From: Antechinus flavipes
Lineage: Eukaryota
Reading direction: 5' to 3'
Assembly: GCF_016432865.1 (NCBI RefSeq)
Contig: NC_067400.1
Coordinates: forward strand, 597,680,001 to 597,744,000
Length of the DNA stretch: 64,000 nucleotides
The translations under genes were made by a program, and so were the position numbers. Positions 38,757 to 51,812 of this stretch are shown one piece after another. The notes below the pieces were generated by a model. The model had not been told where the DNA came from and did not search any database. It saw only the letters and a program-made list of their open reading frames with translations. The stretch's first letter is position 1; each line of letters begins with the position of its first letter.

Positions 38757-39540
38757 TAAATATTAATCCATTTGAAATTGTGGTATGGGATACAAAGAAA
38801 AGAAGAAGCTTAACATTTTAATGGGAGAGAGAACATATAAACAACAATATTTATCCAAGACATAAAAAGTAGGTGGGAATCAATCTCTGAGGGAAGAAGA
38901 GTCAGGATTGTGAAAAGCCTTCTACATAAAAAATTTAATCTGAGGTTTGAAGGAAGAAAATTTAAGGCAGAGAATAAGAGGGGAGAACTTCTATTCCAGG
39001 CCTGGGGGTCAGGTAGTACTGAAGTGCAGAAAAGGATCTGGGATAGGATCAGCAAGGGGGCTGCGTAGCTGGATCATAGTGTAGAGAAGACCAGAGTGTA
39101 AAAAGGTTTTCATTGCTAAGAAGAGGATTTTATAGTTGATACTAGAAATAATAGCAAGCTCTATTAAGAGGATATTGCAGCATATTGTGTTGAAGGGTGA
39201 CACAGTCCTAATTGAGCTTTTAGGAAGCTCACTTTGGCAGCTAATTGTAGTCTACATTGCATCTGGAAGAGAGTTGAAATGGGGAGATTAATATGAAGTC
39301 TGTCATAGTGGTCCAGGCCTGGGGTAAGAAATGCCTCAATAGTAGCTCTTGAGAAGAGTTGTTTTGAAGGAAATAAATGGGCTACATGGGGTGAATGCAG
39401 GTTGAGACCTGGAGTTGAATGAGAATGAGGAGCTGAAGATGACCCTGAAGTTGTGAACCAGATGTGATGTGCTTCACAGTAATAAGAGAGTTGGGAAAAT
39501 GGGGAGGATTCTTTGGGGAAAGATGAGTTCCTAATAAGAA
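38745..39540 (-). mobile_element. L2 LINE fragment
   Basis: Starts with the antisense L2 3' end (taagcatttaataaa...gggatacaaagaaa), followed by degenerate purine-rich L2 body. Confidence 0.55.
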
Positions 39541-41170
39541 TGCTTTTAATAAGAATGCAGTATAGCATTATATAGAGCATTATGTACCTTGTTTTTAAGC
39601 AATCATTTTGGGATTGAATGATTTCTATAACGTGAATTGATCGCTTTTATTCATTTATTTTTAAAATAGTAGTCACATGATAAGTGTAGGGGAAATGTGA
39701 TGTTTGATTTTATTTGTAATGGCTTTAACATAGTTCTAAAGCTATTGTTCAGAGTTCTTATCCTTCCTCTCCACCTTCCTCATACCCCAAGAGGAAGAAA
39801 ACTGTTAAAAACAAACTAAGAAAGAATAGTATTAGAAAGATTGAGAAACCTTTCTACTGGTGCATATTGGCCAATTTTCAGATATACAGTTTGTTGTACT
39901 TTGTAATAGTTCTGCTAAAAAAAAAAATTAGAATATCCTCACATCAAGAAACTGCCTTTTTACACACACACATACACATACACACACACACCCCTTATGT
40001 TCCCTTCACTCTTCTTTTTTTTTTTCCCCTCTTTCCCCATAAGCCACCTCTGATAATCAGTACAAGTGGCAGATGAAACTGGCAAAGTACTCAGCGAATG
40101 CTTGAAGATTTTTCAAACATCCTTGAGGAATAAGTGATTGAAAACATGTGCTGCTAAAAGCTCACATTGTGCAGAAATACAGAACACTGCCTGTCAACTT
40201 GTGTTATAAATATGGAGGTAACTTATCAGTTTTGCAGAAATTGGGGTTTTGTTTTTATTATGAAGAAAAATGTGTAGCCTCCCTCATACTGGCACAGCAT
40301 TTGGAGATTGTTAGAAATTCCTCTGAGAGGGGATAGACTTATATGATTTTATCCAAAATGTTATTACTTGGAGCTGTCTGTCAGGAGACCCCCGACCCTG
40401 ATTTTAGAATGATTACATAATATCTTGAGTCAAAGTAGATTTGTGTGGAATGGAGAATTTGCAAAAGAAGAATTCGGCTTTTGTACAAGATTGGAGCTTG
40501 TGATTTAAAAAATCTTGCAGGTAGAGCTGAGTTAGATAAAAATGTTGGTTAGAAAAATCCTTTCCTACTTTTTTCTAAGGTCAAGTTTGATAAATTATTG
40601 GAAGAATGAAACCTGAGCTTGCCATGGGAGAATATCACCTTATTCTTTAGCGGAATCTAATCCATTCTCTCAGATTCATTGCTGGAAAGAATGCCTGGGC
40701 TTCCTTTTATTGTGGCTTATTGGTTAATTAGAAGGGAAGGTACTGATATTTGATTTTTTTTAGTTGTGTGCACTTAAGCTTAAGAGAGCCATGTTACAAA
40801 ATTTAGAATACCACAGAGGGGAGGCAGAAAAATCTTTTTCATGCTTTTGTTGTAGAAATCTTGAAGAGTAAGTCTATGATTATTTTCTTTTGTTTATAAA
40901 AATAAAAAATTAAACCCTAATTTCACATTTCATATACCACAGCTACCTATAGGGGTAAAGGAGGGTTTGTGTAGAAATAGAATGAGTGCAGTTTTGAGAA
41001 GTTGAGTTGTGTGATGGAATTCCTTTGGAGTTTCTGAAAAGTAGCTGGAGATGTGAGATTTGAGGTCTGAGGATAATTTGAGATAGAATGGGTAAATTTG
41101 ACAGTCATCAACAGAGAGGTGATAATTAAAATCTTTGAGAGTTAATGAGATCAGGTGAAGTGGTATACAG

Positions 41171-41351
41171 CAGGGCTTCTTAAACTTTTTTCACTTGTGA
41201 CCCCTTTCATCCCAGGAATCTTTATTTAAGCCTGGTGTGCAGGTAGATGTAGGTATACAAACATTAGTGGTAATAAATCGTAATTTCACAACCCCCATAT
41301 TCAGTTATATGACCCTATTTGCAATTTTGACCCACAGTTTAAGAAGCTTTG
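41171..41351. mobile_element. hAT/Charlie-type MITE nested in an L2
   Basis: 16-bp TIRs CAGGGCTTCTTAAACT / AGTTTAAGAAGCTTTG (14/16 match); 8-bp TSD gtatacag / gtgtaaag (6/8 match). Confidence 0.8.
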
Positions 41352-41668
41352 GTGTAAAGGTAGAAGAACAAAGGACTTACTATCCTGGAATGACCCAGGA
41401 TCTGGCAAAAGAGACAGAAAAGCAAATTAGGAGGAGAACCCAGACAGATTGGTTGCAAGCTCTACTAAAGATCTCCTGTGACTCACTCCAGGAGGTGATG
41501 CTGGTTGCTTCAAGGCAGTTGCAACAATAACAAACTGGAAAAAATTTTCAATATAATTTTCATAATGGATTGTATTTGTTGTCTAATCACAAATTTGGCT
41601 GCCAAGTGATGAATATTTTTTCACCCATTAGTCAGTGAAACCATTTATTAAGAAAGATAGGATTCAGA

Positions 41669-41809
41669 GGGCAGCTAGATGACAGTGGATAGAGCACCAA
41701 CCTTGAAGTCAGGAAGACCTGAGTTCAAATTTGTACTCAGACACTTAATACTTCCTAATTGTGTGACCTGGGCAAGTCTCCACCCCAATTGCCTCAGGAG
41801 AAAAAAAAA
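41669..41809 (+). mobile_element. WSINE1-like SINE
   Basis: gggcagctagatgacagtggatagagcacc...gacctgagttcaaat...aattgcctc plus A-tail. Confidence 0.85.
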
Positions 41810-42920
41810 GGATTTGGGAGGGAATTTAAATGATTGTTCATGTACAACTTATATTAGATTGCTTGTTGTCTTGAGGAAAGGATTTTGGAGAAGAATTTGT
41901 AACTCTAAATCTTAACTAAAATGAATTGGAAAATAAAATACTATTGAGAGAATTTAACCCTGATATCAGTGGGTTTTTAAAATATTGCATTAATTTCCTT
42001 GTTAACTTTTAACATAGAGATGAACAGCTCGTTTGATTGTTAGGGTTATTACTATTGATATGCAGTGTGTTGCTAAACATTTCTTTAAAGCACAATATGA
42101 ATCATCCCTCACCATCATGTTGAAGTTGGAAAAAGGGTATGGTTTGTTGAAAGAGACCAAGGAGATTCAATTTGGAGTTTTCCAAGTGTTTTTAATACAT
42201 TTTGTTGCTAGATTTGTTGTTGGCATGTTAAACTGAGGATTCCTTGGAAATATTTGGTTTTGTCCTTGTTTCTGACAAAGATGACTTTCATAGTTTCCTT
42301 GCTGTTACATTTGGGTTCATAAACAAAGTGTTGTGATATTTTTAGTGAAGTACTGGATTACTTTAGAGTACCAATGTTGTATGCCTGAGCCATTGGATAA
42401 ATGTGTTTATTATATTGCCTGCCAATAAAAGACTTGGAAGATATTCTTTTAGAATAACATTTTGAATCTGTAGCTGCCTGTGAATTTCATTGAAAAAAAT
42501 ACCTATTTAAATTTAATCACTTAATGATTTTATGGGATTCAGCTGGTTTTCATTAGAAGAATGAGAAAAAAAGATAAAGGATTTATGATGGAGGTTGTAG
42601 TTGAAGCAAAGTGGAGTTAAAGCGAGATTTTTCAAATTTTATTTTACTGACATCATTTAATGTTTGATCTTCATATTACCTTTTCCATTTATATTTGAGA
42701 GTATCTGTTTTCTTTGTTTGCTTCTATGAGTTTGTTATAGTGTTAGGTGTGTTAGGAATTTAGAAAAGACCCGAATCCTATTTTCTACTATTCTTAACTT
42801 GTGTAAAACTTGGACAAATTTCCTTCCCTTTTGATAGTTTAGACTCTCATTATCTTAAATGGGCAAGTTGGATTTGATAACTACTTCCCAAGGTCTTATC
42901 TATTTAAAAATTCTCATGTC

Positions 42921-45873
42921 AATTTGATTATTAATATGGTCACTTATACTGATAGTTTTCCTAATATTGAACCAACCCTGCATTCTTGGTATAAATCCTA
43001 CTTGATTGTGGTGTATTATCTTGGGGATGATTTTCTGTAGTCTTTTTGCTAATGTCTTATTTAAGATTTTAACATCAATATTCATTAGGGAAATTGGTCT
43101 ATAATTTTCTTTCTCTGTTTTCAACCTACCTGGTTTAAGTATCAGTACCATTTCTATGTCATAAAAGGAATTTGGTAGGACTCCTTCATTCCCTATTTTT
43201 TCAAATAGTTTATAAAGCATTGGGGCTAATTATTCTTTGAATGTTTGGTAGAATTCACATGTAAATCCATCTGTTCCCCGGGGACTTTTTTTTAGGGAGT
43301 TGATTAATAGCTTGTTCTATTTCTTTTTCTGAAATGGGACTATTTAAGCAATTTTACTTCCTCCTTTGATAATCTGGGAAGCCTATATTTTTGGAGGTAG
43401 ACATCCACTTCACTTAGGTTATCAAATTTATTGGCATAAAGTTGGGCAAAGTAACCCGTTATTATTTCTTTAATTTCCTCTTCATTGGTGGAAAGTTCTC
43501 CCTTTTCATTTTTAAGACTACTAATTTGATTTCCCTCTCTCTATAGGAATAAATGGATTTTTCCTTAAGATAATCAGTAGCATCTATTTAAAACCAGCAG
43601 TAAGCATCATATGTAATGGGGACAAACTGCAACCATTCCCAATAAGATCAGGAGTGAAACAAGGTTGCCCACTATCACCATTATTATTTAATATTGTATT
43701 AGAAATGCTAGCTCTGGCAATAAGAGTTGAGAAAGAGATTAAAGGAATAAGAATAGGCAATGAGGAAACCAAATTATCACTCTTTGCTGATGATATGATG
43801 GTATACTTAGAGAACCCCAGAGACTCTACTAAAAAGTTATTAGAAACAATCCACACCTTAAGCAAAGTTGCAGGATACAAAATAAACCCACATAAGTCAT
43901 CAGCATTCTTATATATCACTAACAAAATCCAACAGTTAGAGTTACAAAGAGAAATTCCATTTAAAGTAACTACTGATTGTTTAAAATATTTAGGAATCTA
44001 TCTGCCAAGGGAAAATCAGAAACTTTATGAGCAAAACTATAAAACACTTTCCAAACAAATTAAGTCTGATCTAATCAACTGGAAAAATATTAAATGCTCT
44101 TGGATTGGGCAAGCAAATATAATAAAGATGACAATACTACCTAAACTAATTTATTTATTTAGCGCTATACCAATCAGACTCCCAAAAAACTATTTTGATG
44201 ACCTAGAAAAAATAACAACAAATATATGGAAAAACAAAAGGTCAAGAATTTCAAGGGAATTAATGAAAAAGAAATCAAATGAAGGTGGCCTACCTGTAGC
44301 AGATCTAAAATTATATTATAAAACAGCAGTTACTAAAACCATCTGGTATTGGCCAAGAAATTGACTTTGATCAATGGAATAGGTTAGGTTCAAAGGACAA
44401 AACAGCCAATAACTTTAATAATCTAGTGTTTGACAAACCCAAAGACCCCAGTTTTGGGGATAAGAACGCATTATTTGACAAAAATTGCTGGGAAAATTGG
44501 AAATTAGTATGGCAGAAACTAGGCATTGACCCACACTTAACACCGTACACCAAGATAAGGTCAAAATGGGTTCATGACCTAGGCATAAAGAATGAGATTA
44601 TAAATAAATTGGAACAGCATAGGATAGTTTACCTCTGAGACCTGTGGAAAAGGGAGGAATTTATGACCAGAGAAGAACTAGAGATCACTATTGACCACAA
44701 AATAGAAAATTTTGATTATATCAAATTGAACAGTTTTTGTACAAAGTAAATGCAGACAAGATTAGAAGGGAAACAATAAACTGGAAAAACATTTTTACAG
44801 TCAAAGATTCTGATAAAGGCCTCATTTCTACAATATATAGAGAATTGACTCTTAATTTAAAAGAAATCAAACCATTCTCCAATTGATAAATGGTCAAAGG
44901 ATATGAACAGACAATTCTCAGATGAAGAAATTGAAACTATTTATAGACATATGAAAATATGCTCCAAATCATTATTAATCAGAGAAACGCAAATTAAGAC
45001 AACTCTGAGATACCACTACACATCTGTCAGATTGGCTAGAATGACAGGGAAAGATAATGCGCAATGTTGGAGGGGATGTGGTAAAACAGAGACACGGATA
45101 CATTGTTGGTGGAATTGTGAACACATCTAACCATTTTGGAGAGCAATTTGGAACTATGCTCAAAAAGTTATCAAACTGCATACCCTTTGATCCAGCAGTG
45201 TTTCTACTGGGCCTAAAGAGATACTAAAGAAGGGAAAGGGACCTGTATGTGCCAAAATGTTTGTGGCAGCCCTGTTTGTAGTGGCTAGAAGCTGGAAAAT
45301 GAAAGGATGCCCATCAATTGGAGAATGGTTGAGTAAATTGTGGTATATGAACGTTATGGAATATTATTGTTCTGTAAGAAATGACCAGCAGGATGAATAC
45401 AGAGAGGATTGGCGAGACTTACATGAACTGATGCTGAGTGAAATGAGCAGAACCAGGAGATCATTATATACCTCAACAATGATACTGTTTGAGTTTGTAT
45501 TCTGATGGAAGTGGATTTCTTCGATAAAGAGAGCTAATTCAGTTCCAATTGATCAAGGATGGACAGAAACAACTACACCCACCCAAAGAAAGAACACTGG
45601 GAAATGAATATAAACTGCTTGCATTTTTGTTTTTCTTCCTGGGTTATTTATACCTTCTGAATCCTATTCTCCCTGTGCAACAAGAGAACTGTTCAGTTCT
45701 GCTCACATATATTGTGTCTAGGATATACTGTAACCTATTTAACATGTAAAGGACTGCTTGCCATCTCAGGGAGGGGGTGGACGAAGAGAGGGGAAAAATC
45801 GGAACAAAAGTGAGTGCAAGGGATAATGCTGTAAAAAATTACCCTGGCATTGGCTAAAAACTAACAAATAAAA
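42921..45873 (+). mobile_element. L1 with 5' inversion (twin priming), disrupted ORF2
   Basis: TSD aaaaattctcatgtc at 42906-42920 and 45874-45888. Segment 42921-about 43540 is antisense ORF2; about 43543-45873 is sense ORF2 ([12 protein letters not shown]) plus 3'UTR, with stops and frameshifts. Confidence 0.95.
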
Positions 45874-46124
45874 AAAAATTCTCATGTCTACTTCAAAGGA
45901 AAACCTATAGAATTCTTTTGGTGAAAATAGAATATTTCAGCATGGCCTTCTAGTAATTTAGATTCAATTTTGGAATTAAAAATTTGTAGGTCTTATAGTT
46001 TTTAAATAGCCATTATAGGGAAAGCATATATATCAAAGATAATCAGTAAGACACATTGATTGTGCTGAACCCAGCTTTTCTGCTTCTGAGTTTCCTGTAT
46101 TTATTCAATGTTTGTTATACTCCT

Positions 46125-46543
46125 TGTGTGGTTGAGAAATGGTGAATGGTCACCATTTAATTAAAAAAAAAAAAAAGCTGGAGAAATCTCTAGGAGCAAA
46201 GCAAATGTTTACCTTCTCCAGAGAATGGGGAGGAGGCACCTTTTCGGTTGACACTTTAAATAGTCCCTAAGGCAAACACCCCTCCCACCACTGATTCTCA
46301 TCCTCATTGGCTGAGAGTGTTATATTCTAAACTCGGGAAGTATTCAAGAAATTGAACTTGATCAATAAGTACATAGGTGCCCATAAGGTGATTGAAATAA
46401 GGAAAAAATGATGTCATGGGAGTATAGCAGGAAGGGGACTTAAGTACGTCCTGAAAGACTTCAGGCCTACTCAAACTCTGAAGTAGATGAAACCTTACTC
46501 GATTTTCACAACTGCCTTGAAAGATCTCACTTCATCTTGTTCA
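46125..46543 (-). mobile_element. Solo ERV LTR A
   Basis: TG...CA termini, flanked by ctcct / ttcct; minus-strand CCAAT (46306-46310) upstream of minus-strand TATTTAAA (about 46255-46262). Confidence 0.65.
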
Positions 46544-46548
46544 TTCCT

Positions 46549-46973
46549 TGTTATGGGCCAGAACTCTGAACTTAAAACTAGGATTCTTACAAGGTACTAA
46601 GTGGGATTGATGAGACAATGGTTATCTAATTTAGCCTGATGCTTAATAATCTTTAAGTTCAGTATGATTGATTTAATCTTACAACAAATAATGGTTTCCT
46701 AGTGATATAATGATTGCTTTATACTCAGTGTAGAGCATATAAGCTAGGAACCTCACCAGGTTCATTCCCTGAGGCTCCTGGTGGCAGGTTCTCCTCCTGC
46801 ATTTCTACATTGAGACCAAGGCTAGTCTGAAAAGCTCTCCAGAAAGCTGCGCAGCCCCAGGAAGGAGATAATAAAAAATTTGGACTTTAATCCCTGGCTA
46901 CTCTCGAGGTGATTATTGAACTGAAAGGAAGGCTGTCCTGAGACCCCAAGAAAACCAAATGAAGAACATTACA
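46549..46973 (+). mobile_element. Solo ERV LTR B
   Basis: TGTTA...TTACA termini; 6-bp TSD attcct / actcct; TATA-like CATATAAG (46736-46743) and AATAAA (46870-46875). Confidence 0.8.
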
Positions 46974-47179
46974 ACTCCTGGTCAGTAATCGCAGCACTAG
47001 CATTACCTTTAGGCTGCTGAGCCAGTTAAATCGTAAGGATTAGCTTAAATTTCATGGGGTTGGTATTTTAAGAATCATTGAGCTGAATTTTCATCTGTTT
47101 GATAGGATAATCCAACATTGGGTTAGATGAGATGAAAAATACTGAGTAACCTTTAATTACTAAACTAGTCCATGGTAAA

Positions 47180-47610
47180 AAAGTGAATAAGGCTCCCCTC
47201 TTCCTTTTTTCCCTATCCTTCTCTCCACCTTTTCTCTGGTGAATTAAAAAAATGCAAATTCATTTCTCCCCAACTTGTAGGAGGCACAATCCGCCTCCTC
47301 TGCCTGCTTCTTGTATCACTTCTGTCTGGGGGTGGGGTCAGGAGTAGGTTTGATTGATGGTTGAGCTTGGTTGCTAGAGAAGCAACAGTTCCAGGTCCAG
47401 AATCCATCTCCAAGATCACCATGAATTGAACTTTTAGCTCTTAAGGAATCACCTTACTACCCAAAACTGAAGTCAAAAAACCCAGAACAGAAACAAATAC
47501 CCCATTTCTGAGAGCCAGAGTGAAAGAGAGAGAGGCAGGACAAGATTTTCCTTCCCCCTCTCATTGTTTTAGTTCTTGGAGTCCTGATTGGGAGCAATAG
47601 ATTTTATATA
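47180..47610. mobile_element. Possible degraded LTR
   Basis: Composition and motifs resemble marsupial LTRs (ccagaatccatctccaagatcaccatgaattgaact); termini and TSD not resolved. Confidence 0.3.
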
Positions 47611-47772
47611 TATATATGTATGTATGTATCTTAAACGAGAGCAGAAAAGCCACACTTGCTTTCTCCACTGTGAAGCAGTTGTTAAGGAGAATATACAATT
47701 TGTTTTCTTGATTCAGATAATGCTTGTCACTTTTCTTTATTTCAAGGGTACTTGGTTTGATGCTAGGGATAA

Positions 47773-47774
<2 letters not shown>

Positions 47775-47808
<34 letters not shown>
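47775..47808. repeat. (TG)n microsatellite
   Basis: Read directly. Confidence 0.95.
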
Positions 47809-47809
<1 letters not shown>

Positions 47810-50146
47810 TGTAATACATTGATGATATATATAAAATTTGTGCCTTTATTACTGTTGGCATTTTTGATTTCAGTGTGTACATTAATACTGGGCGACCCTG
47901 GACAAATCTTTAAATTTCATTGTACTTATCGTTTCTGTAAAACGAGAGTAATACTACCTCTGTTTCTTACTACACAGTATTTATGCACACTAAAAAAACT
48001 ATAGAAATGTGAGTAATTGATTTTGATGCCAAAAAATCACTAAGTAATGTATTCAAGAGACATTGTTTGAATTACATTGTAGCTTTAACAATTGAGAAAT
48101 AAACTGACTCTCTTCTCCCTCCTCTCTCCCCCACAAGGTAAAACTTAAACACGAATAACAGAAAAATGACTATCTTCATGTTAACATTGGTAGTATCCCT
48201 CTCAATGTGGCTGATGCTATTTCTCATTGTTTACAGTTTTATCATAGTTTCCTCACTCTGTAAATGGAGAGACACATTGATCATTTCTCTCATGATCCAT
48301 AGTTTGCACTATAATCTGAGCAAGGACAGTGTTCTTTAGAGAAAGAAGATGTTGGGATGCTGCCATGGGCTAATTACATCATTCCTCTTGCCCTAAGCTT
48401 TTTTAGCTGTAAAATGGAGAGGCACATTAGATAGCCTCTGAGATTTCCTTTAGCTCTGAGTTGTTACTGTTTTTTAATTTAAACCATTGCAGTTTTAGTA
48501 ATTGTTAGTCAACTCTGTTGCAAAAAATTTGATTATCCTGAAGTACCACACTCAAGCTCACTTCGTTGAAATCACTGGGCCTGTTCTCTCAATGAATCTG
48601 ACAAAGCTTCCTTTTGAAACCTTTTAGGCAATGCATATTAGAGACTAGGCCAACCTTTGGTTACTTCAACCAATCACTTGGTATTATTAAGTGCCTTCTG
48701 TGTGCCAGGTATTGTGCTTAGTGCTAGGGATACAAAAAATGTCAAAAGATAGTCCCTGCTTCCAAGGAACTTACAATCGAATGGGGAAGACAACAAGCAA
48801 ATAAATATACATATATATTTTTAACCACCTACAGGAAATAATTAACACAGGGATGGCATTGCACAGGCTAGAGAAGTATTTTAGGGAAGTCATTAAAAGG
48901 TAGAGTTGAAAGGGAAAGTATGGAGGGTCAAAGAAATTGTATTTAGTCTCTCTAGTCTGACTTTTCGGTCCTTCATATTTTTAACTTAGGAAGTTATAGT
49001 ATTTGTTCCCTCTTCCCCTCTACCATTAATTAAATTCTTCTAACATTAGGTGTCTTCTATATGTGTGTGGATAGTTTTGTGCTGGCTGTTATTGTGAAAT
49101 AAATACAAAAATTTATATAAAGATCCTGTCCTCATAAGAACCATCCAGTAGGGATAGTAAAATGCAGATATAGTAGCAGCTGAGACAAAGTAAAATAATA
49201 AAATTTGTTGTCTCATGCGGTAATCTTTTATGTCTTTAAAAAAATTTAATCTACAACATAACCTTTTGCTGCAATCATTTGTATTATATCATTTGATAAT
49301 GTATTTGCAAAATTTTGATACATTTTGAAATTCTTTAATTTGAAACCACACTTAACATTGGATATTAAAAATATATTTGACAAAGCTTCCATGTTTCCCA
49401 GGTTTTCAATGGGGGTGTAAATCAAGTGATTTCTCAGTCTGTTTTCATTTCTAGAATAAATTTCTTACCTTTCATGAAGTAGTGGAAGGCATAGTGCAGT
49501 TATATAGTAATAGTCTTTCTCTACTTGTAAATTACTTTAATTCCAGAACAGTTCTGTCTCTAAGTATATCAATTTTTTTTTAAGTTCATCCTTCCCAATG
49601 AGGTAAAAGATTCCTATTGGAAATGAATCAATCTCGAAAATATTTCTTCTAAGTTACACTTTAGTATGGTCAGATCAAGAAATCTAAAATCTTACAGGTT
49701 CACATGACTTTCTTCTGGCCATATTTTTGATATAGCTTTGAATAAAAATTAAATTTAGTCACTAAAAAAGATTCACAGTTTTCTAGTTAGTATCTTGCCC
49801 TTAGTATATACTTCTTACTTGTTGTTACTAGAATGTGTTTTAATTTGTCTTTCAATTGCAAGAAATCTTCACCTGTAGAGGAATTAGTTATAACCTCTCC
49901 AGCAATTCAGTTTTCAATGAAGAGCTTTATTTTTGCTTGTTTTCTGAGGATGAGACTATTCTTGCAGCAATAGTTTATCAGTTATTGGTGTTTTTCATTT
50001 TTAACTTCATTTTTTTTTTTTTTTTTGTAGTTCTATGAGTCTAGTTCATTATGGAGCTTAATGATTCTTGAAACGCTTGATTTTTCAACTTTGACTACCT
50101 CATCAATATGTAAACAATACAATTATTTTTTATCCTTTGTTCTTAG

Positions 50147-50175
50147 AGGACCACTGATCTTTGGATTGGATTTAT
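50147..50175 (+). other. Candidate 29-nt internal exon
   Basis: Acceptor ttttttatcctttgttcttag| and donor TAT|GTGAGT. Motif-only evidence. Confidence 0.25.
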
Positions 50176-50310
50176 GTGAGTGAAATAATCACTTTGAGTT
50201 ATTTCCCCCTACTCCCACATTTCTTTGTAATACTTTCTTAAAACCCCCAAAAGTAAAACCTTTATAAAAGAGCAGTGAAATACTTTTTCTGGGCAGAAAG
50301 TTCTGTGCTG

Positions 50311-51812
50311 CAAGACAAAATAGTCAAGCTATAGCAATTTAGTGTTTGGCAAACCCAAAGATCCTAACTTTTGAGATAAGAATTCATTATTTGACAAAAA
50401 CTACTGGGATAACAAGAAATTAGTATGGCAGAAATTAGGCATGGACCCACACTTAACACCGTATACCAAGATAAGATCAAAATGGGTCCATGATTTAGGC
50501 ATCAAGAACGAGATTATAACTAAATTATAGGGACATAGGATAGTTTATCTCTCAGACTTGTGGAGGAGGAAGAAATTTGTGACCAAAGATGAACTAGAGA
50601 CCATTACTGATCACAAAATAGAAAATTTTGATTACATCAAATTAAAAAGCCTTTGCACAAACAAAACTAATGCAAACAAGATTAGAAGGGAAGCAACAAA
50701 CTGGGAAAACATCTTCACAGTTAAAGGTTCTGATAAAGGCCTCATTTCCAAAATATATAGAGAATTGACTCTAAATTTATAAGACATCAAGCCGTTCTCC
50801 AATTGATAAATGGTCAAAGGATATGAACAGACAATTCTCAGATGATGAAATTGAAACTATTACCATTCATATGAAAGAGTGTTCCAAATCACTATTGATC
50901 AGAGAAATGCAAATTAAGACAACTTTGAGATAACCACTACACACTTGTCAGATTGGCTAAGGTGACAGGACAAAACAATGATAAATGTTGGAGGGGATGT
51001 GGGAAAACTGGGACACTGATGCATGGTGGAGTTGTGAACGAATCCAACATTCTGGAGAGCAATTTGGAATTATGCCCAAAAAGTTATCAAATTGTGTGCA
51101 TACCCTTTGATCCAGCAGTGCTACTACTGGGCTTATACCCCAAAGAGATACTAAAGAAGGGAAAGGGATCTGTATGTGCCAAAATGTTTGTGGCAGCCCT
51201 GTTTGTAGTGGCTAGAAACTGGAAAATGAATGGATGCCCATCAATTGGAGAATGGTTGGATAAATTGTGGTATGTGAATGTTATGGAATATTATTGTTCT
51301 GTGAATAGAGAGAGGCTTGGAGAGACTTATATGAACTGATGCTAAGTGAAATGAGCAGAACCAGGAGATCATTATATATTTCAACAATGATACTGTATGA
51401 GGATGTATTCTGATGGAAGTGGATTTCTTTAACAGAGAGACCTAACTCAGTTTCAATTGATCAGTGATGGACAGAAGCAGCTACACCCAAAGAAAGAGCA
51501 CTGGGAAATGAATGTAAATTGTTTGCATTTTTGTTTTTCTTCCTGGGTTATTCCTACCTGCTGAATCCAATTCTCCCTGTGCAACAAGAGATCTGTTCGG
51601 TTCTGCATACATCTATTGTATCAAGGACATACTGCGACATATTTAATATATATAGGACTGCTTGCCATCTAGGGGAGGGGGTGGAGGGAGAGAGGGAAAA
51701 AATCGGAACAGAAGTGAGTACAAGGGATAATGTTGTAAAAAATTACCCTGGCATGGGTTCTGTCAATAAAAAGTTACTATAAAATAAAATAATAATAATA
51801 ATAAAAAAAAAC
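50311..51812 (+). mobile_element. 5'-truncated L1 (about 1.5 kb), disrupted ORF2 end
   Basis: TSD aaagttct(g/a)tgctg at 50297-50310 and 51813-51826; ORF2 C-terminal motifs in several frames; poly(A). Confidence 0.95.

Noticed and set aside
45851-45873. Atypical 3' end of the inverted L1 as a 3' transduction
   Set aside because: Only about 20 A-rich nt replace the normal terminus; more simply explained by tail decay or a small deletion.
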